The translations under genes and the position numbers were made by a program. Shown piece by piece: positions 32,698-39,753 of a stretch of 64,000 nucleotides of DNA. The notes below the pieces were generated by a model. That model saw only the letters and a program-made list of their open reading frames with translations, was not told the origin of the DNA and ran no database searches. The stretch comes from an uncultured Christensenella sp. (GTDB lineage: Bacteria; Bacillota; Clostridia; Christensenellales; Borkfalkiaceae): positions 33,253 through 97,252 of the forward strand of contig CAJTYL010000008.1 of assembly GCA_910583855.1 (NCBI GenBank), read 5' to 3'. Within the stretch, counting starts at the first letter, position 1. Each line of letters begins with the position of its first letter.

Positions 32698-34287
32698 CTA
32701 TTTAAGCGTAGCTTTTTTTACGGCGGCGCGCCAACCGTTTAAAAGGTTTATCCTGTCCCCCTCGCCCATATTCGGGGTAAACGTTCTTTCAACCTCGAAA
32801 TTCTTTTTAATTTCTTCTATCCCGCTCCAACAGCCCGCGTTAAGTCCTGCAAGATACGCCGCGCCGAGCGCGGTCGTTTCCGCAACTTTCGGGCGGACGG
32901 CAGTACAGTCCAAAAGGTCGGCTTGGAACTGCATAAGAAAATCGTTCTTACACGCGCCGCCGTCGACGGCAAGCTGCGTTATCTTTATCCCCGCGTCCTT
33001 TTCCATCGCCTGCACCAAATCGCACACTTCGTAAGCAATGCCCTCCAATGCGGCGCGCACGATATGCTCGCGGGAGGTACCGCGGGTTATCCCCGTCACC
33101 GTTCCGCGCGCAGACGGGTCCCAGTACGGCGCACCAAGCCCCGTAAACGCCGGAACAACGTACACTCCGCCGCTGTCCTTCACCTTCAACGCCTGCGTTT
33201 CGCTGTCGTCAGAGGAGGATATTATTCTCATTTCATCTCTCAGCCACTGCACGACGGCGCCGCCGACGAAAACCGAGCCCTCCAAAACGTAACAGGGCTT
33301 ACCTTCAACCGTCGCGCCGAGAGTGGTCACCAAGCCGTTCTGACTTTTAACCGCCCTGTCGCCCGTATTCATTAAAAGAAAGCAGCCCGTGCCATAGGTA
33401 TTCTTCACGTCGCCCTTTTTTGTGCACAGTTGCCCGAACAGCGCAGCCTGTTGGTCGCCGACCACCCCGCAAACGGGAATTGCCGAGCCAAACAGCCGAG
33501 GGTCCGTACAGCCGAATAAATAGCTTGACGGATAAACCTGCGGCAACATGCTTGCGGGAATATCGAAAAGCCTTAAAAGCTCCTCGTCCCAGCGCAGGGT
33601 ATGAATATTGAAAAGCATAGTGCGGCTTGCGTTGGTGTAATCGGTTGCAAATATTTTGCCCTTGGACAGCTGCCATAAAACGAAGGTATCCACCGTACCG
33701 AAAACCAGCTCGCCCCGCTCGGCGCGTTCGCGCGCGCCGTCCACGTTATCCAAAATCCATTTTATCTTCGTTGCGGAAAAATACGCGTCGGGTACTAAGC
33801 CCGTCTTGTTGTAAATTTTTTCGGCAAAGCCGTCACGCCGAAGCGCGTCGCAATAGTCCGCCGTTCTGCGGCACTGCCACACTATCGCGTTGTACACGGG
33901 CTTGCCCGTTTTCCTGTCCCAAACGAGGGTGGTTTCCCTTTGGTTGGTTATCCCTATGGCGGAAATATCCTGCGCGGAAAGCCCTGCGCGAACCATGGCT
34001 TCGCCCGTCACTGCCACCGTAGACCCCATAATATCCTGCGGCGAATGCTCCACCCAACCGGGTTTGGGGTAAATTTGCGGGAACTCCTGCTGGGCGCGAG
34101 CGACTATCGTTCCGCGCCTGTCAAAGACGATTGCCCGCGTACTCGTTGTGCCTTGATCAATGGCAAGGATATACTTTTCGTCGCCCGATGAAAGCTCTTT
34201 CAGTATATCTTCTATTTGATTATCCGTCATCTCCTCGCTCGTCCTCGCAAGACGTCCATAGGCAAGCTTATCGTGATGAATAGTCAT
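32698..34287 (-). CDS. glpK: Glycerol kinase, with a ~35-aa N-terminal extension
   Basis: [28 protein letters not shown] and the full-length FGGY kinase pattern. The ATG at 34287 has GGGGAGGGGAAA directly upstream. Confidence 0.93.
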   Translation of the reverse strand: MTIHHDKLAYGRLARTSEEMTDNQIEDILKELSSGDEKYILAIDQGTTSTRAIVFDRRGTIVARAQQEFPQIYPKPGWVEHSPQDIMGSTVAVTGEAMVRAGLSAQDISAIGITNQRETTLVWDRKTGKPVYNAIVWQCRRTADYCDALRRDGFAEKIYNKTGLVPDAYFSATKIKWILDNVDGARERAERGELVFGTVDTFVLWQLSKGKIFATDYTNASRTMLFNIHTLRWDEELLRLFDIPASMLPQVYPSSYLFGCTDPRLFGSAIPVCGVVGDQQAALFGQLCTKKGDVKNTYGTGCFLLMNTGDRAVKSQNGLVTTLGATVEGKPCYVLEGSVFVGGAVVQWLRDEMRIISSSDDSETQALKVKDSGGVYVVPAFTGLGAPYWDPSARGTVTGITRGTSREHIVRAALEGIAYEVCDLVQAMEKDAGIKITQLAVDGGACKNDFLMQFQADLLDCTAVRPKVAETTALGAAYLAGLNAGCWSGIEEIKKNFEVERTFTPNMGEGDRINLLNGWRAAVKKATLK

Positions 34288-34302
34288 TTTCCCCTCCCCG
34301 TT

Positions 34303-35157
34303 TTAATAGTCGTCGGTAAAGCGGTGCCTTTCCCCGTCCTTGTCCTTGTACTCGATAATAGAACCCAAAGAAACGTTTTCCACGCTCTTGAAAATATTCT
34401 GCTCTATCCCCTTATCCTCGCTTTCAAGCCTGCGGATAAGCTCTTTCACCTTTTGCCGCTTCGACCCTGACAGGTCCGCCACGACCCCTTCCGTAAACTT
34501 GCAGGCGCACTGCAAAAAGCGCAGTCCGTTATAGTCCCGCCACGCCTTAATATCTTTTTCCCGCACAAGATACATCGGGCGGATAAGTTCCATTCCCTCG
34601 AAATTGGCGCTCTTAATCTTCGGCATCATCGTCTGTACCTGTCCGCCGTAAAGCATACCCATAAGAATGGTTTCAATAACGTCGTCGTAATGATGCCCTA
34701 ACGCAATCTTATTACAGCCCAAATCCTTAGCGCTGTGATATAGATGCCCGCGCCGCATCCGTGCGCAGATATAGCAAGGCGATTTATCGATATTTACCAC
34801 GCTGTCGAAAATATCGGTTTCAAAAACCGTCAACGGAATATTCAGAATTTTGGCGTTATGCTCTATAAGTTCGCGGTTGACCTTGCTGTAACCTGGGTCC
34901 ATAACAAGGAATACGAGTTCAAACGGCACCTTGTTGTGCCGCTTAAGCTCCTGAAACAGCTTCGCCATCAGGACGGAATCCTTTCCACCCGATATACATA
35001 CGGCGATTTTGTCGTTCGGCTTGATTAGCCCGTACCCGACTATCGCCTTTGCGAATTTTGAAAACAGCTCTTTATGAAATTTTTTCTGAATGCTCTTTTC
35101 CGCACGCCTTGCAATTTCGTTGTCGCTTACAGGATTTTCAGTCGTTTCTTTACTCAT
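34303..35157 (-). CDS. PP-loop ATPase, TtcA-like tRNA 2-thiocytidine synthetase family
   Basis: PP-loop CISGGKDSVLMA, then CYICARMRRGHLY and KIALGHHYDDVIETILM, as in TtcA-family proteins. Confidence 0.75.
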   Translation of the reverse strand: MSKETTENPVSDNEIARRAEKSIQKKFHKELFSKFAKAIVGYGLIKPNDKIAVCISGGKDSVLMAKLFQELKRHNKVPFELVFLVMDPGYSKVNRELIEHNAKILNIPLTVFETDIFDSVVNIDKSPCYICARMRRGHLYHSAKDLGCNKIALGHHYDDVIETILMGMLYGGQVQTMMPKIKSANFEGMELIRPMYLVREKDIKAWRDYNGLRFLQCACKFTEGVVADLSGSKRQKVKELIRRLESEDKGIEQNIFKSVENVSLGSIIEYKDKDGERHRFTDDY

Positions 35158-35881
35158 TGCCGCCCTTCCCGCCGCCTATTAAATCTTTTATAACCTCGCC
35201 CGCAACGATAAGCCCCGCCACAGACGGAACGAAAGCCACGCTCCCGGGAACGCAGCAGCGCGGCAAGTCCCCGTCAGTATCTTCCGCGGAGCAAATTACG
35301 GGTTCTTCTTTTGAATAAACAACTTTAAGCCGCTTGACACCGCGCTTTTTAAGCTCTCTCCGCATAACTTTTGCAAGCGGGCACACCGAAGTTTCGTAAA
35401 TATCCGCCACCTTGAAAGCGGTTGGGTCCAACTTATTCCCAGCTCCCATACAGCTTATTACGGGCGTTCCGCACTTCTGCGCGTTCTCTATAATCGATAG
35501 CTTGCCCGTCACCGTGTCAATCGCGTCGACGATATAGTCGTATTCTGAAAAATCGAACCCGTCCTGCGCGTCGGGCAAATAAAACGTTCTGTGCGCCGTC
35601 ACCTTGCAATCGGGATTTATCTCCGCAATTCTTTCGGCGGCAACGTCAACCTTGTATCTTCCCAACGTCTTATGCGTAGCGTATATTTGACGGTTTATGT
35701 TGGTCAGGCTGATTTTGTCGTTATCGATAATATCTATCGCGCCCACGCCGGAACGAGCAAGCGCTTCAACCGTATAGCCCCCCACGCCGCCTATTCCGAA
35801 AACGGCAACGCGCTTTGCGGCAAGAGCTTTTAGCCCCTCTTCCCCCAACAGCAATTCAGTTCTCGCAAATTGATTTAACAT
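35150..35881 (-). CDS. tcdA: tRNA threonylcarbamoyladenosine dehydratase (ThiF/MoeB-fold, TcdA/CsdL-like)
   Basis: RTELLLGEEGLKALAAKRVAVFGIGGVGGYTVEALARSGVGAIDIIDNDKISLTNINRQ is a typical TcdA N-terminus. Confidence 0.85.
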   Translation of the reverse strand: MLNQFARTELLLGEEGLKALAAKRVAVFGIGGVGGYTVEALARSGVGAIDIIDNDKISLTNINRQIYATHKTLGRYKVDVAAERIAEINPDCKVTAHRTFYLPDAQDGFDFSEYDYIVDAIDTVTGKLSIIENAQKCGTPVISCMGAGNKLDPTAFKVADIYETSVCPLAKVMRRELKKRGVKRLKVVYSKEEPVICSAEDTDGDLPRCCVPGSVAFVPSVAGLIVAGEVIKDLIGGGKGGNE

Positions 35882-36053
35882 CTTTTATCTCCACAGCAAA
35901 AAATTATAACGGATAAACGGTTTATTGTCAATCTCAATAAATTGCCACCGCCCGCGACATCGTTTAAACAAAAAGCCCCGCCCTAAAGCGAAGCTTTTTC
36001 TTGTTAATTGATAACGCAAATCAAAACCCCACGACTTGCGTTATTTTTTATAT

Positions 36054-36085
36054 TAATAAAGCAGGAAACTTTATGTTTCCTGCTT
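36054..36085 (-). terminator. Terminator after the Xre-type HTH gene
   Basis: Stem GCAGGAAAC (36061-36069) / GTTTCCTGC (36075-36083). The minus strand continues with TTTATT. Confidence 0.55.
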
Positions 36086-36095
36086 TTAATTTATG

Positions 36096-36335
36096 TTAAT
36101 CGTCGTCTTCTAAATCGTTAAAATAATCTCTATCGAAAAACTCTGACAAGGTAATACCTGCACCATCGCAAAAACTTTTAATAGTTGTTACTTTCGGGCA
36201 TTTCGTTCGTCCTTTCATTAAGTCGTAAAGAGCCGACGGCGACTTGCCACCGTTTAAGCACGCCTTACAAATATTATTACCTTTTTCTTCGCATATCTCT
36301 TTGATGCGCTTTAAAATCGCTTCGTTTGTTTTCAT
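36096..36335 (-). CDS. Xre/Cro-type helix-turn-helix transcriptional regulator (79 aa)
   Basis: ILKRIKEICEEKGNNICKACLNGGKSPSALYDLMKGRTKCPKVTTIKSFCDGAGITLSEFF fits the HTH_3-type layout. It has an acidic C-terminus. Confidence 0.8.
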   Translation of the reverse strand: MKTNEAILKRIKEICEEKGNNICKACLNGGKSPSALYDLMKGRTKCPKVTTIKSFCDGAGITLSEFFDRDYFNDLEDDD

Positions 36336-36344
36336 ATTAAAAAA

Positions 36345-36373
36345 TCGTGGTATTTCTTATCGTTATTCCACGA
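36345..36373. promoter_or_regulatory. Inverted repeat TCGTGG-N17-CCACGA (candidate operator)
   Basis: TCGTGG at 36345-36350 and CCACGA at 36368-36373. It uses the same half-site as the perfect palindrome at 36404-36419. Confidence 0.35.
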
Positions 36374-36403
36374 TTTATTATATTGAAGTTGAATAAATTT
36401 CTC

Positions 36404-36419
36404 TCGTGGAACTCCACGA
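36404..36419. promoter_or_regulatory. Perfect palindrome TCGTGGA-AC-TCCACGA, candidate operator for the adjacent Xre regulator
   Basis: 7-bp arms ending 2 bp upstream of the -35 of the SLOG gene promoter. A further half-site TTCCACGA lies at 36462-36469, downstream of the -10. Confidence 0.45.
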
Positions 36420-36421
36420 AA

Positions 36422-36450
36422 TTGACTTTATAATTTACTTTCGCTATAAT
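36422..36450 (+). promoter_or_regulatory. Near-consensus sigma-A promoter of the SLOG gene (TTGACT-17-TATAAT)
   Basis: TTGACT 36422-36427, 17-nt spacer, TATAAT 36445-36450. Confidence 0.6.
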
Positions 36451-36505
36451 ATTTTACGGAATTCCACGAAAATTAAACCGCATTTGTAGGTTAAAGAGAA
36501 ATATT

Positions 36506-37006
36506 ATGATAAAAAACTGCTGTTGCACGGGACATCGCCCGAAAGGTTTTCCGTTTGCGTACGGAAAGGACGAGCGGAAACATAAAGAATATTTAAAGCA
36601 ATTAAGGCAAAAAATTTTGCTTGCAATAAATGAATACGGCGTAAATTACTTTGTTTCAGGTATGGCTATCGGCGTTGATATGGACTTTGCGGAAATGGTT
36701 ATTGCCTTGCGTGATGCCGAAAATTATCCTATAAAATTAGAGTGTGCTATTCCCTGCCACAACCAAACGCTTAAATGGTCGAAAGCGGATATCTTGCGCT
36801 ATAATGAAATATTAAAATGTGCCGATAGTGTAAACTTAATTTCCGAACGATACACCACCGAATGTATGTTAAAGCGCAACCGTTATATGGTAGATAAAAG
36901 CGATATTGTGATTGCGGTATTCTACGGTATTGAAAAAGGCGGAACGTGGCACACAATAAATTACGCCCAAAAAAATAAAAAGTTAATTGAGTTTATAAAC
37001 TTATGA
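36506..37006 (+). CDS. SLOG-superfamily protein, DUF1273 (YpsA/YoqJ-like), copy 1
   Basis: N-terminus MIKNCCCTGHRPKGF, GVNYFVSGMAIGVDMDFAE, ECAIPC and KRNRYMVDKSDIVIAVF...GGTWHTINYA. This is my recollection of the DUF1273 layout. It is a paralog of the ORF at 59375-59824. Confidence 0.75.
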   Translation: MIKNCCCTGHRPKGFPFAYGKDERKHKEYLKQLRQKILLAINEYGVNYFVSGMAIGVDMDFAEMVIALRDAENYPIKLECAIPCHNQTLKWSKADILRYNEILKCADSVNLISERYTTECMLKRNRYMVDKSDIVIAVFYGIEKGGTWHTINYAQKNKKLIEFINL

Positions 37007-37158
37007 AGAAAAAGACTTTAATAATTATATTAACCGTAGTTGTTATTTATGTTGCGGTATGCGTTGCCGAATTTTGCTATATATTTGCAACGCAAGACGA
37101 TAACACTTGGAATTATCTTAAAGAATTTTTTGATTGGTACTTTACTTTGCTTTTTTAA
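37003..37158 (+). CDS. Small hydrophobic protein (51 aa), translationally coupled to SLOG copy 1
   Basis: The ATG at 37003 overlaps the SLOG stop (ATGA). Sequence MKKKTLIIILTVVVIYVAVCVAEFCYIFATQDDNTWNYLKEFFDWYFTLLF has one TM helix. It is below the track cutoff. Confidence 0.5.
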   Translation: MKKKTLIIILTVVVIYVAVCVAEFCYIFATQDDNTWNYLKEFFDWYFTLLF

Positions 37159-37197
37159 TTATGTACAATACGGTTTCTTACAACCGTTAAAATCGAA

Positions 37198-37232
37198 ACC
37201 CCGCCCGTGACGCTTTGCGTCACGGGCGGGGT
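37198..37232. terminator. 16-bp GC-rich hairpin, bidirectional terminator between the SLOG operon (+) and the tRNA cluster (-)
   Basis: ACCCCGCCCGTGACGC (37198-37213), loop TTT, GCGTCACGGGCGGGGT (37217-37232). The minus strand continues TTCGATTTT. Confidence 0.7.
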
Positions 37233-37233
37233 T

Positions 37234-37310
37234 TGGTACACCCGACTGGAGTCGAACCAGCGGCACATAGCGTCGGAGGCTATTGCTCTATCCATCTGAG
37301 CTACGGGTGC
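37234..37310 (-). tRNA. tRNA-Arg (anticodon CCG), CCA encoded
   Basis: Reverse complement GCACCCGTAGCTCAGATGGATAGAGCAATAGCCTCCGACGCTATGTGCCGCTGGTTCGACTCCAGTCGGGTGTACCA folds as a cloverleaf: acceptor GCACCCG/CGGGTGT, D arm GCTC/GAGC, anticodon stem ATAGC/GCTAT with loop CTCCGAC, and T arm with TTCGACT. Confidence 0.9.
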
Positions 37311-37502
37311 ATATTGAGTTGTCTTTGTCCGACGGCACATAGCGTAAGCACGTTCGTGCTTCGGTTCGACGGAAGGCATTGCTCTATCCATCTGAGCTAC
37401 GGGTACATATTGAGTTGTCTTTGTCCGGCGGCACATAGCGTAAGCACGTTCGTGCTTCGGTTCGACGGAAGGCATTGCTCTATCCATCTGAGCTACGGGT
37501 AG
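37311..37502 (-). repeat. Two tandem 96-bp repeats (94/96 identical), each containing a tRNA-Arg 5' half (acceptor strand plus D arm) and the GCTATGTGCCG segment but no T arm or 3' acceptor strand
   Basis: Unit 1 is 37311-37406 and unit 2 is 37407-37502. They differ only at offsets 22 and 96. Minus-strand reading: G(T/C)ACCCGTAGCTCAGATGGATAGAGCAAT + GCCTTCCG + a 25-nt insert with hairpin AAGCAC-GAAC-GTGCTT + CGCTATGTGCCG + TCGGACAAAGACAACTCAATAT. Confidence 0.9.
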
Positions 37503-37521
37503 TATTTGGTTTAATCAACCG

Positions 37522-37704
37522 CTAAATGCGCTTAAACGCGGCATATTCAGGGGCGTATCGGTAGCCAAGCCCTTCCAAACGGTTGATGATTTCTTGCTGC
37601 GAAACGCCCTCTTCTTCGCACAATTCCGCAAACGAAGAGTATTCGTCGCGGAGCTTGGTGTTTATTAAAGACAGCAAAATGAAATCATCCTCGGGCAAAA
37701 CCAT
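37522..37704 (-). CDS. DUF4250-family small protein
   Basis: MVLPEDDFILLSLINTKLRDEYSSFAELCEEEGVSQQEIINRLEGLGYRY matches my recollection of DUF4250 (LLS..NTKLRD). The start is taken at ATG 37702-37704. The track start at 37722 is a TTG lying inside the promoter. Confidence 0.7.
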   Translation of the reverse strand: MVLPEDDFILLSLINTKLRDEYSSFAELCEEEGVSQQEIINRLEGLGYRYAPEYAAFKRI

Positions 37705-37710
37705 AAAATG

Positions 37711-37738
37711 ATTATAGCACAAAATTTTTTATTTGCAA
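37711..37738 (-). promoter_or_regulatory. Promoter of the DUF4250 gene, leaderless geometry (TTGCAA-16-TGcTATAAT-6 nt-ATG)
   Basis: Minus-strand reading: TTGCAA (37733-37738), 16-nt spacer, TGC TATAAT (37711-37719), CATTTT, then ATG. Confidence 0.55.
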
Positions 37739-37761
37739 AACGAACTTAACCGTGTTATAAT
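37733..37761 (+). promoter_or_regulatory. mnmA promoter (TTGCAA-17-TATAAT) sharing its palindromic -35 with the divergent DUF4250 promoter
   Basis: TTGCAA 37733-37738 is its own reverse complement. TATAAT is at 37756-37761. The RBS AAGGA lies upstream of ATG 37789. Confidence 0.55.
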
Positions 37762-37788
37762 TAATTTATTATTTTTAAGGATAAAAAA

Positions 37789-38862
37789 ATGAAACAAACG
37801 GTCGTCGTGGGAATGAGCGGCGGGGTCGATTCTTCGGTTGCCGCCTATCTTCTCAAACAACAGGGTTACAACGTAATAGGGCTTTTTATGCTGAACTGGG
37901 AGGAAACGGGCGAAAACGGCGCATGCTCCGCGGAAAACGACTTTGCGGATGTTCGGCGGGTTTGTTCTGCGCTCGATATCCCCTACTATTCCGTCAACTT
38001 TGCCGCACAGTATCAGGAGAGGGTCTTCAAACACTTCCTTGACGAGTACCGCGCAGGCAGAACGCCCAACCCCGACGTTTTATGCAACAGGGAAATTAAG
38101 TTCGGACCCTTTCGCGAATACGCGCTTTCTATGGGTGCGGATTTTATCGCAACCGGTCACTACTGCGGGATAGACCACGCGGACGGCAGTCATCGCCTTA
38201 AAAAGGCGTTTGACGCGGGTAAGGACCAGACTTATTTTTTAAATCAGGTACGCGAAGAGCAGCTTGCAAACGTTTTGTTTCCGCTTGCGGACGTTCCTAA
38301 GCCCGAAGTGCGAAAAATTGCCGAAGATATAGGTCTTGCGACGGCAAAAAAGAAGGACAGCACGGGTATCTGCTTTATAGGCGAGCGCAACTTCCGCAAG
38401 TTTTTGCAAGGCTATCTTCCTGCGCAACCGGGAAAAATTATAACCCTTGACGGCGAAACTGTGGGCGAACACGTTGGTCTTATGTACTACACGCTCGGAC
38501 AGCGCAAGGGGCTTGACCTGGGCGGGAAGCGCGGCGAAGAAGGGCGTTGGTTCGTCGTTAAAAAGGATTTAAAAAACAATATCCTGTACGTCTCTCACGG
38601 CGACGAAGCTCCCCTCTACTCCAAATCGTGCAAGGTTTCGGGTCTGAACTGGATAGGCTTTTCACCCGAAAAAGAATTTGAATGCACCGCAAAATTCAGA
38701 TACCGCCAACCCGAACAAGCAGTTAAGGTTAAGCTCGTTGGCAACTCCGCGCTGGTTGAATTCGCGCAGCCGCAACGCGCCGTGACCGAAGGGCAGTACG
38801 CGGTATTTTACAACGAAACTTACTGTCTCGGCGGCGGGGTTATAGAAGAAGTAATTAAATAA
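37789..38862 (+). CDS. mnmA: tRNA-specific 2-thiouridylase (tRNA U34 2-thiolation)
   Basis: [32 protein letters not shown]-loop, CN..IKF and ATGHY motifs. Length is 357 aa. Confidence 0.93.
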   Translation: MKQTVVVGMSGGVDSSVAAYLLKQQGYNVIGLFMLNWEETGENGACSAENDFADVRRVCSALDIPYYSVNFAAQYQERVFKHFLDEYRAGRTPNPDVLCNREIKFGPFREYALSMGADFIATGHYCGIDHADGSHRLKKAFDAGKDQTYFLNQVREEQLANVLFPLADVPKPEVRKIAEDIGLATAKKKDSTGICFIGERNFRKFLQGYLPAQPGKIITLDGETVGEHVGLMYYTLGQRKGLDLGGKRGEEGRWFVVKKDLKNNILYVSHGDEAPLYSKSCKVSGLNWIGFSPEKEFECTAKFRYRQPEQAVKVKLVGNSALVEFAQPQRAVTEGQYAVFYNETYCLGGGVIEEVIK

Positions 38863-38874
38863 CGGATATATGAA

Positions 38875-38904
38875 GCGGCGCGCGGGCAATAACCCGCGCG
38901 CCGC
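38875..38904. terminator. 12-bp GC hairpin between the convergent mnmA and rsmI genes (no clear U-tract)
   Basis: GCGGCGCGCGGG (38875-38886), loop CAATAA, CCCGCGCGCCGC (38893-38904). Confidence 0.5.
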
Positions 38905-38910
38905 TCTAAC

Positions 38911-39714
38911 TTAATCTAATTCCAACGCGATTTTGTATATTTCGGATTTTGCAACGCCACGGTCCTTCGCAACCTGCTTGATTGCTTCTTTTTTATCCAT
39001 TCCCCCAAATATATAGTGCAACAAATGCTCTTTTTCGGTCAACGAATTTAACGGATTTTCCGCCGACGCGCCCTCGACTATAAGCACGTATTCGCCGCGT
39101 TTTTCTCCGCTTAAGCCCTCTGAAAGCCTGAAAGTTACCGCTTCCTCATGCATTTTCGTTATCTCGCGCACAGCGCAAGCATTCCTTTCGCCAAAAACCT
39201 CGTAAATTGCGCATATATGCGGGTCTAAGTCTTGCGGAGCAATGTGAAATATTAAAGTCATGTCTAAATTTTTATATTTTTCAAGCGCCCTTTTGCGCTC
39301 CCCCGCCTTGTCGGGAAGGAAACCGATAAAGACAAATCTGTCCGCAGGGAACGCCGAAAGAATAAGCGCGGATAGAGCAGCGTTCGCGCCGGGAATTACG
39401 GTGTAGCTTACGCCTGCGTCTTTAAGCATTTTGCATACAGCGTTACCGGGGTCGGATATTACCGGCATGCCTGCGTCAGAGATAACCGCAATTTCTTTGC
39501 CTTCTTTTACCGCGGATATTATCTTTTCCGCCGCTTCCTTTTCGTTGAATTTATGACAGGAATAAAGCGGTTTTTTAATTTCGTACACGTTTAAAAGCTT
39601 TAAGGAATGACGCGTATCCTCGCAAAAAATCACGTCCGCGCCCCTTAAAACTTCAAGCGCACGCAGAGAAATATCCTTTAAATTACCTATCGGCGTTGAA
39701 ACGAAATAAACCAT
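38911..39714 (-). CDS. rsmI: 16S rRNA (cytidine1402-2'-O)-methyltransferase
   Basis: MVYFVSTPIGNLKDISLRALEVLRGADVIFCEDTRHSLKLL is the canonical RsmI N-terminus. Confidence 0.9.
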   Translation of the reverse strand: MVYFVSTPIGNLKDISLRALEVLRGADVIFCEDTRHSLKLLNVYEIKKPLYSCHKFNEKEAAEKIISAVKEGKEIAVISDAGMPVISDPGNAVCKMLKDAGVSYTVIPGANAALSALILSAFPADRFVFIGFLPDKAGERKRALEKYKNLDMTLIFHIAPQDLDPHICAIYEVFGERNACAVREITKMHEEAVTFRLSEGLSGEKRGEYVLIVEGASAENPLNSLTEKEHLLHYIFGGMDKKEAIKQVAKDRGVAKSEIYKIALELD

Positions 39715-39722
39715 TTTTATAG

Positions 39723-39753
39723 TTTAACCCCCACATATGCCTTAATTAACGGC
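39723..39753 (-). repeat. Dispersed ~30-nt motif, copy d: GCCGTTAATTAAGGCATATGTGGGGGTTAAA
   Basis: Fills the 38-bp gap between the ABC exporter and rsmI. Confidence 0.7.

Noticed and set aside
36011-36048. Hairpin ATAACGCAA-N17-TTGCGTTAT followed by TTTTT on the plus strand, resembling a terminator.
   Set aside because: No plus-strand gene precedes it, since tcdA is on the minus strand. The 17-nt loop is long for an intrinsic terminator. It may mark the islet border or an orphan sRNA end, but I cannot support either.
35940-36050. Search for a direct repeat of the tRNA-Arg 3' end (att-like scar) at the far border of the AT-rich islet.
   Set aside because: Only a weak resemblance was found (CCCCACGACTTGCG versus CACCCGACTGGAG). 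There is no integrase gene, so I cannot call a bounded mobile element.
37155-37502. ORFs 37155-37487 (minus) and 37215-37502 (plus) with internally repeated peptide sequence.
   Set aside because: They run across tRNA-Arg and the two 96-bp tRNA-half repeats. The repetition in the peptides reflects the DNA repeat. No RBS is present.
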